Shown one piece after another: positions 10,668 through 18,626 of a stretch of DNA of 32,000 nt. The notes under the pieces are model-generated. The model was not told the DNA's origin. It did not search any database and saw only the letters and a program-made list of their open reading frames with translations. The stretch is from positions 1,920,001 to 1,952,000 of the forward strand of contig NC_014972.1 in assembly GCF_000186885.1 (NCBI RefSeq), given 5' to 3'. The position numbers and the translations under genes were made by a program. The first letter of the stretch is position 1, and every line of letters begins with the position of its first letter. The DNA comes from Desulfobulbus propionicus DSM 2032. Its GTDB lineage: Bacteria; Desulfobacterota; Desulfobulbia; Desulfobulbales; Desulfobulbaceae.

Positions 10668-10707
10668 TTAAAATTGCTCGAAGTTCAGTTTTGATGGGGA
10701 GGGAATC

Positions 10708-13700
10708 ATGCCCGTCGATTTTTTAACCTCGGAACAGAAAGCCTGCTACGGCCAATTTTCTGGGGAACCTAACGAAGTGCAGCTGGCCCGATATTTTCAC
10801 CTGGATGAAGCTGACCTTGCTTTTATCAATAACCGGCGTGGTGATCAAAACCGTTTTGGTGTCGCCTTACAGGTGGGCTGTGTTCGATTTCTAGGAACCT
10901 TCCTCTTCGACCTGTCACGGGTACCTGTCAACGCGCAATGGTTCATTGCCCGACAGCTTGATATCACTGATGTTGGGATACTGTCTAAATATGCTCAAAG
11001 GGAGACCACGCGAAGAGAGCATACTGCTCTCATCCGCAATCAGTATCAATACCGAGAATTCACATGGCCCTGGTCGTTCCGGCTGAACCGCTTACTCTAT
11101 ACACGCAGTTGGATCAGTAACGAGAGACCAAGCCTACTGTTTGACCTGGCCACTGGATGGTTGACTCAAAATAAGATCCTTCTGCCCGGTGCTTCCACAT
11201 TGACACGTTTGATTTCAGAGGTGCGCGAACGAGCTACCAATCGTTTATGGCAACGATTATCGGCGTTGCCTGCCCCAACGCAAATTGCCAAGCTAGAGAC
11301 GTTGTTTCAGATCCCGGAAGGGTCAAGAACTTCTCGTTTTGATCGCTTCCGCAAGGGGCCGGTGACAATCAGTGGTCCCGCCTTCAATGAGGCAGTTGAC
11401 CGTTATCAGGAGCTGAAGACCTTCGGCATGCATGAGCTCGATTTCACAGGTATCCCGCCGGTACGCTTTAAGAACATAGCCCGTCACGCTGGTATGATCT
11501 CTATGCACAAAATCGCTCGCATGCCGGAGAGTAAGCGTACTGCTATTCTGGTTGCCTTCGCCAGAGCGTATGTGACCATCGCCTTCGATGAAGCCCTGGA
11601 CGTGCTGGATTTACTGATTACCGAGATCGCCGGTGAGGCTAAAAAGCTGGGCCAGAAGAAACGGCTACGTACATTGAAGGATTTAGATAAATCTGCGCTG
11701 GCGCTGGCAGAGGTTTGTGCTCTGATACTCAACGAAAGCATGCAGGATGAACTGCTGAGGCCGACTATCTTTGCCAAAATGCCACCTGAAAGACTGGCGG
11801 AATCCATTGCCACTGTCCATGACCTGGCTCGGCCCTACGACGATAACTTCCAAGATGAAATGGTGGAGCAGTATGGCCGGGTCAGGCGTTTCTTGCCGAG
11901 ATTATTGCATGTTATCAAATTTAAAGCAGCTCCTGCGGGGAAATCAACTCTTGAAGCCCATCAGTATTTGGCCGGGTTATTGGAATCACGCAAACAGTTA
12001 TTGGATGAGGCCCCACTGGACATTGTTTCTAATTCCTGGAAACGCATGGTGTTTGATAAAGAAGGGAGAGTAACCAAACGAGGTTATACGCTGTGTTTTC
12101 TTGATAAGTTGCAAGACAGCCTGCGCCGCCGGGACGTCTATGTCGAAAATAGTGATCGTTGGGGTGATCCACGTGCCAAACTACTACAGGGCCAGGAATG
12201 GCAAGCTAACCGAATTCAGGTGTGTCGGTCACTTGGTCATCCTCTGAATCCCCAAGAGGCCATTGATGCTCTGGTGCGCCAACTGGATGATACGTATAAA
12301 CAGGTAGCCAGCAGATTTGATGACAATGCGGTTGAGCTCGACCTGTCCGGCAAACGGCCAACGTTGACGATTACACACTTTGATAAATTGGATGACCCCG
12401 CCAGCCTAACTATCCTCTCACAACAAATTGAGGCCTTGGTTCCCAACGTGGATCTTACAGAGCTGCTACTGGAAATCCATACTCACACCGGCTTCGCTGA
12501 CGAATTTACTCATGTCAGTGAAGCCAATGCTCGCGTCGATGACCTGACTGTCAGCATCTGCGCAGTACTATTGGCGGAGGCTTGCAACATAGGGTTGGAA
12601 CCACTGATCAAGCACCATGTGCCCGCATTGACTCGACACCGTCTGAACTGGGTCAAACAGAATTACCTGCGTGCCGAAACATTGGTAAAGGCAAACGCCA
12701 AACTGGTGGACTATCAATCTACTTTATATCTAGCCAGGAAATGGGGTGGTGGCGAGGTCGCTTCCGCCGACGGAATGCGGTTTGTCACACCGGTCCGCAC
12801 TATTAATGCCGGGCCAAATCGAAAATACTTCGGCTCTAGCCGGGGCATTACCTGGTACAACTTTATCTCTGATCAATTCTCAGGGTTTCATGGTATTGTT
12901 ATCCCTGGAACATTGCGCGATTCCATCTTTGTGCTTGAGGGATTGCTGGAGCAGCAGACCGGTCTGAACCCGGTGGAAATTATGACCGATACCGCCGGTG
13001 CAAGCGATATGGTATTCGGTTTGTTCTGGTTACTTGGTTATCAATTCTCACCGCGCCTTGCTGACGCTGGCGAATCCGTATTCTGGCGCGTGGACAAGAA
13101 TGCCGACTATGGCGTATTAGATGACCTAGCACGTAGTTGCGTCAATACACACAAGATCGAGCAGCATTGGGACGACATGATGCGTATTGCCGGTTCACTC
13201 AAACTTGGTACCGTGCAGGCATCCGAGTTGATCCGATCTCTACTGAAAAGTGATCGTCCTTCCAGCCTGGCGCAAGCCATTATTGAAGCGGGTCGGATCA
13301 ACAAAACTTTGTATCTGCTAAATTACGTGGATGATGAGGACTACCGTCGCCGGATTCTGACGCAGTTGAATCGCGGCGAAGGCCGTCATGCCGTCGCACG
13401 GGCTATTTGTCACGGTCAGCGGGGCGAAATTCGCAAACGGTACCGGGAAGGTCAGGAAGATCAACTTGGCACGCTTGGCTTGGTGACCAACGCTCTGGTG
13501 TTGTGGAATACAATTTATATGCAGGCCGCCCTTGATCATCTAAAAGAACAGGGGAAGGATGTGAAAGAAGAGGATGAAGCCAGATTATCCCCTCTCAGCC
13601 ATAAACATGTGAATATGCTCGGCCATTACTCGTTTACCTTGGCGGAACAAGTACTGAAGGGCCAACTCAGGCCGTTAAAGCAGCCATCTGAACTGGACGG

Positions 13701-13710
13701 ATGGTCTTAG
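10708..13710 (+). CDS. tnpA: Tn3-family transposase
   Basis: 1000 aa; MPVDFLTSEQKACYGQF start, GLFWLLGYQFSPRLADAGE, SLAQAIIEAGRINKTLYLLNYVDDEDYRRRILTQLNRGEGRHAVARAICHGQRGEIRKRYREGQEDQLG, C-terminal HVNMLGHYSF. SD GGGAGGG upstream; the stop codon lies in IRR. Confidence 0.98.
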   Translation: MPVDFLTSEQKACYGQFSGEPNEVQLARYFHLDEADLAFINNRRGDQNRFGVALQVGCVRFLGTFLFDLSRVPVNAQWFIARQLDITDVGILSKYAQRETTRREHTALIRNQYQYREFTWPWSFRLNRLLYTRSWISNERPSLLFDLATGWLTQNKILLPGASTLTRLISEVRERATNRLWQRLSALPAPTQIAKLETLFQIPEGSRTSRFDRFRKGPVTISGPAFNEAVDRYQELKTFGMHELDFTGIPPVRFKNIARHAGMISMHKIARMPESKRTAILVAFARAYVTIAFDEALDVLDLLITEIAGEAKKLGQKKRLRTLKDLDKSALALAEVCALILNESMQDELLRPTIFAKMPPERLAESIATVHDLARPYDDNFQDEMVEQYGRVRRFLPRLLHVIKFKAAPAGKSTLEAHQYLAGLLESRKQLLDEAPLDIVSNSWKRMVFDKEGRVTKRGYTLCFLDKLQDSLRRRDVYVENSDRWGDPRAKLLQGQEWQANRIQVCRSLGHPLNPQEAIDALVRQLDDTYKQVASRFDDNAVELDLSGKRPTLTITHFDKLDDPASLTILSQQIEALVPNVDLTELLLEIHTHTGFADEFTHVSEANARVDDLTVSICAVLLAEACNIGLEPLIKHHVPALTRHRLNWVKQNYLRAETLVKANAKLVDYQSTLYLARKWGGGEVASADGMRFVTPVRTINAGPNRKYFGSSRGITWYNFISDQFSGFHGIVIPGTLRDSIFVLEGLLEQQTGLNPVEIMTDTAGASDMVFGLFWLLGYQFSPRLADAGESVFWRVDKNADYGVLDDLARSCVNTHKIEQHWDDMMRIAGSLKLGTVQASELIRSLLKSDRPSSLAQAIIEAGRINKTLYLLNYVDDEDYRRRILTQLNRGEGRHAVARAICHGQRGEIRKRYREGQEDQLGTLGLVTNALVLWNTIYMQAALDHLKEQGKDVKEEDEARLSPLSHKHVNMLGHYSFTLAEQVLKGQLRPLKQPSELDGWS

Positions 13711-13743
13711 CGTACGTTTTCGTTCCATTGGACTTCAAACCCC
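13706..13743 (-). repeat. Right terminal inverted repeat (IRR)
   Basis: Reverse complement GGGGTTTGAAGTCCAATGGAACGAAAACGTACGCTAAG; two mismatches to IRL. Confidence 0.97.
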
Positions 13744-13748
13744 CTAGA
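13744..13748. repeat. Right target-site duplication CTAGA
   Basis: Identical to 4486-4490. Confidence 0.93.
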
Positions 13749-13752
13749 CGCC

Positions 13753-13953
13753 TCAGGAGCCACCGTAGCCCACGGTCACCTTGCCGTCGATGACAAGCAC
13801 CGGCACCCTGCGCTGCCCCAGGCTGTGTTGCAGCATTTCCTCCATGCGGCGAGGTTCCGCCTTGACGTCATGATAGATATGATCGGGATGCGCCGCCCGG
13901 GCGCTGGTGGTGTAGGGTCAACCATGTTTTCCATAGATGATGCTCTGGCTCAT
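13753..13953 (-). CDS. UXX-star-type thioredoxin-like selenoprotein with in-frame UGA (Sec12)
   Basis: Hand translation: MSQSIIYGKHGUPYTTSARAAHPDHIYHDVKAEPRRMEEMLQHSLGQRRVPVLVIDGKVTVGYGGS*. SD GGAGG precedes the ATG. The UGA is at 13918-13920, and 13 nt later comes GCGCC-CGGGC-GGCGC, a SECIS-like hairpin. Confidence 0.88.
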
Positions 13954-14306
13954 GCTGGTCCTCCATCGGTTGCAATTGCATGCTGCGGAACGCGACATAC
14001 CACAATGTTCATCGAGTCTGAGTGGGCGTGCTTGCCGTCGCCCTCGTGATCTGCGGTGAACCTTTCTTCTTATTCCACTCAAGGGAAGTATTTACAATTG
14101 CAAAAATGACGCGAAAGAGAATGCACACCAAACACGTGATCCATCCAGTTGAAATATATATAATTTTATATTGACAGCACGCCATGGCCGGACGGAAAAA
14201 GACAGCCGCAAGACGATGAGCTCCGACAAAAGATTCCGCAACAGGTTCGGAGTGTGATATAAAATATATCCAAAACCCGATGGCTCACTCACCTCTATTC
14301 AGCGGC

Positions 14307-15725
14307 ATGGCTACGATTCTCATCGTCGATGACGATTTTATTCTCAACGGACTGATTGAAAAGCATCTCAAGCGGGCCGGCCATCAAACCGAACCTGCCC
14401 TGACGGTTGCGCAAGGACTGGCATTGGCCCGCTCCGGCAACTTCGATCTCATCCTTCTCGATGTGCAACTGCCGGACGGCAACAGTCTGGATTTCTTTTC
14501 CGCGTTCTCCGAGGTCGCCTCAGCCCCGGAAATCATCATCATGACCGGCAGCGGTGACCCGGATGGCGCCAAGAAAGCCATTCAATTCGGCGCATGGGGG
14601 TACCTGGAAAAACCCCATGCGGTCCGCGATCTGCTTTTGCCGGTGACCCGGGCCCTGCAGTTTCGAGCCGAAAAGAAAAAAATTGGCGTGTTGCCCGTTG
14701 CCCTCAAAAGAGAAGCCATCATCGGCAGCAGTGCATCGTTGACGGGATGTCTCGATTTCGTCGCCAAGGCGGCGATCGGTGATGCGAGCGTGCTCCTCAC
14801 GGGAGAAACGGGCACCGGCAAGGAAGTCTTTGCCCGGGCCATCCATGACAACTCGCCCAGGGCCTCGCATCCCTTTGTTGTGGTCGACTGCGCGGCCCTG
14901 CCGGAAAATCTGATTGAAAGCACCTTGTTCGGCCATGTCAAGGGATCGTTCACCGGCGCGGAGCGGACAACGAGCGGCTTGGTCAAAATGGCCCACGGCG
15001 GCACCCTGTTTCTGGATGAGGTCGGGGAAATGCCGTTGAGAATCCAGAAAACCTTCCTGCGTGTCCTGCAGGAGCATCGGTTTCGACCCGTTGGCGATTC
15101 CAAGGAGGAATACAGCAACTTTCGCCTCATCGCGGCCACCAACCGCGATCTGGATTCTGCGGTGGACAACGGGGCGTTCCGTGCGGATCTGCTTTTTCGT
15201 TTGCGCTCGCTGGCCCTTCACTTACCGCCGCTGCGAGAGCGGAAACAGGATATCCGCGAATTGACCCTGCATTTTCTCAAGCGCCTGTGCGTGCTCCACA
15301 AGGTGAGCAGCAAAGGCATCGATGACGAGCTCATCGAGTATCTCCTGGCCCACGATTGGCCCGGCAATGTCAGGGAGTTGCAACAGACCATCGAACAGGT
15401 GTTCGTCAACGCCCTCCATTATCCCACCTTGTATGCCTTTCATCTGCCAGAGCATTTTCGCGTACGCAAGACGCTCGCCAGCATGACAATGGCGCCAGCC
15501 GCCGCTCCTCATGCCACGGACATCGATTCCCGGCCGCTTGCTGGCCCGCCGCCCTCGTGGAAAGACCACAAGACGGCTTCGGAATGTCGATACCTCAAAC
15601 ACCTGCTCGCCTTCACCCGGGGGGATGTCCGGGAGGCGTGCCGTGTCTCTGGCCTCTCCCGCTCCAGGTTGTACCAATTGATCAACCAATACAACCTGAC
15701 AAGTCCAGAACGCTCCTCGCCTTGA
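14307..15725 (+). CDS. Sigma-54-dependent response regulator (REC-AAA+-Fis-type HTH)
   Basis: MATILIVDDDFILNGL, LILLDVQLPDG, Walker A GETGTGKE, GSFTGA loop, Walker B GGTLFLDEVGEM, C-terminal HTH. The ORF could start at 14280. Confidence 0.93.
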   Translation: MATILIVDDDFILNGLIEKHLKRAGHQTEPALTVAQGLALARSGNFDLILLDVQLPDGNSLDFFSAFSEVASAPEIIIMTGSGDPDGAKKAIQFGAWGYLEKPHAVRDLLLPVTRALQFRAEKKKIGVLPVALKREAIIGSSASLTGCLDFVAKAAIGDASVLLTGETGTGKEVFARAIHDNSPRASHPFVVVDCAALPENLIESTLFGHVKGSFTGAERTTSGLVKMAHGGTLFLDEVGEMPLRIQKTFLRVLQEHRFRPVGDSKEEYSNFRLIAATNRDLDSAVDNGAFRADLLFRLRSLALHLPPLRERKQDIRELTLHFLKRLCVLHKVSSKGIDDELIEYLLAHDWPGNVRELQQTIEQVFVNALHYPTLYAFHLPEHFRVRKTLASMTMAPAAAPHATDIDSRPLAGPPPSWKDHKTASECRYLKHLLAFTRGDVREACRVSGLSRSRLYQLINQYNLTSPERSSP

Positions 15726-15849
15726 GTGCCCCCTCGCCGATCCACAGCCCCGCGCGCCATCTGACACCTTTGCAGTCAACGCTGTGGAAACTTGCTTCCC
15801 TGGGTTCATGCGGAGGGGCGTACGTTTTCGATCCCGCGCGAGAAAAAAT

Positions 15850-18186
15850 TCAACCAGCGGTTCCACGGGACGCGTCAAGCGCATGGCGCACCGCGCGCAG
15901 CAGGTCTCTTGGAGAAACCGGCTTGAACAGAATCTCGACGTGCATGTCGAGCAACTCCCGTTGCTGGATGTTTTCCGGTGCATAGCCACTGATAAAGATC
16001 CCTTTGATGGCGGGCTGCAGGTGTTGAATGGCCTCATACGCCTGCTTGCCGTTCATCTTGGGCATGACCAGATCAAACAGCAGCAGGTCGATTGCCTCCT
16101 TGTGTTCCGTGAAGACACGAACCGCTTCTTCCCCATCCGTTGCCTCGATGACCCCATAGCCGTTTTTTTTCAGGACGGTCGCATACAATTCCCGCACGGT
16201 CGGCTCGTCCTCGGCGAGCAGAATGGTTTCCCGGCCGCCACGCGGTTGTTCTAGGCCGATGGTGTCACGGTGGTCGTGCGGATCGGCGGCGAGCAAGGGG
16301 AGGTAAACCGTCAGGACCGTGCATTTCCCCGGCGTGCTCGTCACCTCGATATGCCCTTGATGCTGCTTGATGATCCCATAGACAACCGCCAGACCGAGCC
16401 CGGTGCCCTTGCCCATTTCCTTGGTGGTGAAAAAGGGATCGAATATCTTGGCCACGGTCTGCGGGTTCATGCCCTTGCCGGTATCGGCCACGGTGATGCG
16501 GGCATACGGTCCAGGGATGCCAAACCCGTGAAGGTCGATGAAATCCTGGTCGATCCTGATCCGTTCGGTGGTGATGGAAAACACTCCGCCTCCAGGCATG
16601 GCGTCCCGGGCATTGGTGGCGAAATTCATCAGTACCTGATCCATCTGATGACTGTCGGCGTGGATGACCAGCGACTCCTTGGCCAGATGGGTCTGGCAGA
16701 GAATGTCCTCGCCAATGATCCTGCGGATGAATTTCTCGATGCGGCCAATGATCTGATTGATATCGACCGCCTCCTTTTGGCTGACCTGCTTGCGGCTGAA
16801 CAGCAGCAGATCCTTGGTGAGGTGCGAGGCCCGCATGCCTGCCTCGATCATGGTTTGCACGCTTTTTCTCGCCGGATGGTCCTCGGCCATGTCCTCCAGC
16901 GCCAGATCCCCATAGCCGAGGATCGCGGACAGGATATTGTTGAAATCATGGGCAATGCCGCCGGCCAGGGTGCCGATGGACTCCATCTTCTGCGCCTGGC
17001 GGAACTGTTCCTCCAATTTTCGGTGGGCGGTGATATCCCGGGCGATTTCAATGATGCTCCCGATTTCGCCGGCCTGGTTGCGCATGGGAATGGCGCGAAT
17101 TTCAAACTCCTGGCCGTTGTGTGCCGGTGAAAGAAAGCCGATCTCGTTGCACTCCGTTGACGCGCAACGCACAATCGGGCAATCGGTGCATTGCTCCGGC
17201 CGGCTCCAGAAGACCTCGTGGCAGTGTCTGCCCTGATAGGAACGGCTATCTTCCGCCAGCTTGAACATTTGCCGAGCGGCCCTGTTCACCCACAGGATGC
17301 GATAGTCGTTGGTGAGGTGGACAATGACATCGGGAACATTGTCGAGCAGGGTCTTGTATTCCTGGGACAGGCGCCGATACTCCTCTTCCTGGTTTTTCAG
17401 CAAGACCTCGGCGCGAATCCGATCGGTGATGTCATGGGCAATGCCGAACAGGCCATTCACCTGACCATCATCGGCGAAGGTCGGCCCCTTGGTGGTGAGA
17501 TAGCAACGTATTTCGCCGCCCACATGAAGCACTTCATCTTCAAAAATATTCACCCGCCCGGAAGCCATGATCATCCTGTCCTGTTCGATGATCTTCTGGG
17601 CGGTTGCCGGTGGAAAGACAACGGTATCGTCATGGCCGATCACCTGTTCGGCCATGACGCCGGCAAAACGGGCGGCTGCGGCATTGAACAGCAGATATTT
17701 ACCCTCGCCGTCCTTGACAAACACCGCATCGGCGGTGCCTTCGAGCACCGAGCGCATCAATTGCTCGTTGCGCACCAGCCGCGCTTCCGCCGTCCGCCGT
17801 TTCCGTTTTTCCCCCGCCTCGTTGAGGCAGCGCTCAATGGCCGGAATCAGGCGGAACAATCGATCCTTGAGGACAAAGTCGGCCAAGCCGCTCTTGAACA
17901 GTTCAACCGCCGTCTCCTCGCCGATGCTGCCGGAAATCAGGATCACCGGCACATCGGGCAAGCGATCTTTGATTTTCGCCAGCGATTGGGCGAAATCGAG
18001 CCCCGGTACCTTGTAGTCGGAGAGCACCACGTCCCAGCCTCCGTGTTCGAGGGCTCTGTGCAGGCCGGCTTCCTCCTGCACCCAGTGCAGATCAGTCTCC
18101 AGTCCGCCGGTACGGAGATGCCGCTTGATCAATAAAAAGTCGGCAGCCTCATCCTCGATCATCAATATGTTCAATGTAGGCATCAT
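15850..18186 (-). CDS. Hybrid sensor histidine kinase (REC-PAS-PAS-HisKA-HATPase-REC)
   Basis: N-terminal REC (NILMIEDEAADFLLIKRHL); PAS regions; [22 protein letters not shown]; HATPase VADTGKGM...GTGLGLAVVYGIIKQHQG; C-terminal REC (TILLAEDEPTVRELY). The ORF could start at 18195. Confidence 0.93.
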   Translation of the reverse strand: MMPTLNILMIEDEAADFLLIKRHLRTGGLETDLHWVQEEAGLHRALEHGGWDVVLSDYKVPGLDFAQSLAKIKDRLPDVPVILISGSIGEETAVELFKSGLADFVLKDRLFRLIPAIERCLNEAGEKRKRRTAEARLVRNEQLMRSVLEGTADAVFVKDGEGKYLLFNAAAARFAGVMAEQVIGHDDTVVFPPATAQKIIEQDRMIMASGRVNIFEDEVLHVGGEIRCYLTTKGPTFADDGQVNGLFGIAHDITDRIRAEVLLKNQEEEYRRLSQEYKTLLDNVPDVIVHLTNDYRILWVNRAARQMFKLAEDSRSYQGRHCHEVFWSRPEQCTDCPIVRCASTECNEIGFLSPAHNGQEFEIRAIPMRNQAGEIGSIIEIARDITAHRKLEEQFRQAQKMESIGTLAGGIAHDFNNILSAILGYGDLALEDMAEDHPARKSVQTMIEAGMRASHLTKDLLLFSRKQVSQKEAVDINQIIGRIEKFIRRIIGEDILCQTHLAKESLVIHADSHQMDQVLMNFATNARDAMPGGGVFSITTERIRIDQDFIDLHGFGIPGPYARITVADTGKGMNPQTVAKIFDPFFTTKEMGKGTGLGLAVVYGIIKQHQGHIEVTSTPGKCTVLTVYLPLLAADPHDHRDTIGLEQPRGGRETILLAEDEPTVRELYATVLKKNGYGVIEATDGEEAVRVFTEHKEAIDLLLFDLVMPKMNGKQAYEAIQHLQPAIKGIFISGYAPENIQQRELLDMHVEILFKPVSPRDLLRAVRHALDASRGTAG

Positions 18187-18626
18187 TTCATCCACGGCGG
18201 TTCATTGATAGCCACCCAGTACACCCCCAACCGGGCCACGGTTTCGGCAAACTCGGAAAAGTTGAGCGGTTTGCGGACAAAGCTGTTGGCGCCGTTCTCG
18301 TAGCTCTTCAACCGATCCTTTTCTTCGTCCGATGAGGTGAGGATGACCACCGGCAGCAGCCGGGTTCGCGCATCGGCGCGGATGATCCGGAGCACCTCCA
18401 GGCCGGAAAGCCTCGGCAGGCTGATGTCCAGCAGGACCACGACCGGTAATTCGCGGCATCCTTCCTGCGCAAATTCGCCCTGGTTGAACAGGTAGTCGAC
18501 GGCCTGCTGGCCGTCACGGACCACGTCGATCCGGTTGGCGATCCGGGCCTTGTGCAATGCCCGCAGAATGAGCATCTCATCCTGCGGGTTATCCTCGACA
18601 AGAAGAAGGGTTTTCTCGTTCATCAT
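18183..18626 (-). CDS. Single-domain response regulator (Rcp1/CheY-like)
   Basis: MMNEKTLLLVEDNPQDEMLILRAL, VVVLLDISLPRLSGLEVL, VVILTSSDEEKDR, NSFVRKPLNFSEF. Confidence 0.93.
   Translation of the reverse strand: MMNEKTLLLVEDNPQDEMLILRALHKARIANRIDVVRDGQQAVDYLFNQGEFAQEGCRELPVVVLLDISLPRLSGLEVLRIIRADARTRLLPVVILTSSDEEKDRLKSYENGANSFVRKPLNFSEFAETVARLGVYWVAINEPPWMK

Noticed and set aside
13749-13760. Transposon insertion disrupting the flanking selenoprotein ORF
   Set aside because: The reconstructed stop codon (13753-13755) lies outside the TSD, so the coding sequence is intact. The in-frame TGA at 13918-13920 reads better as Sec than as a nonsense mutation.
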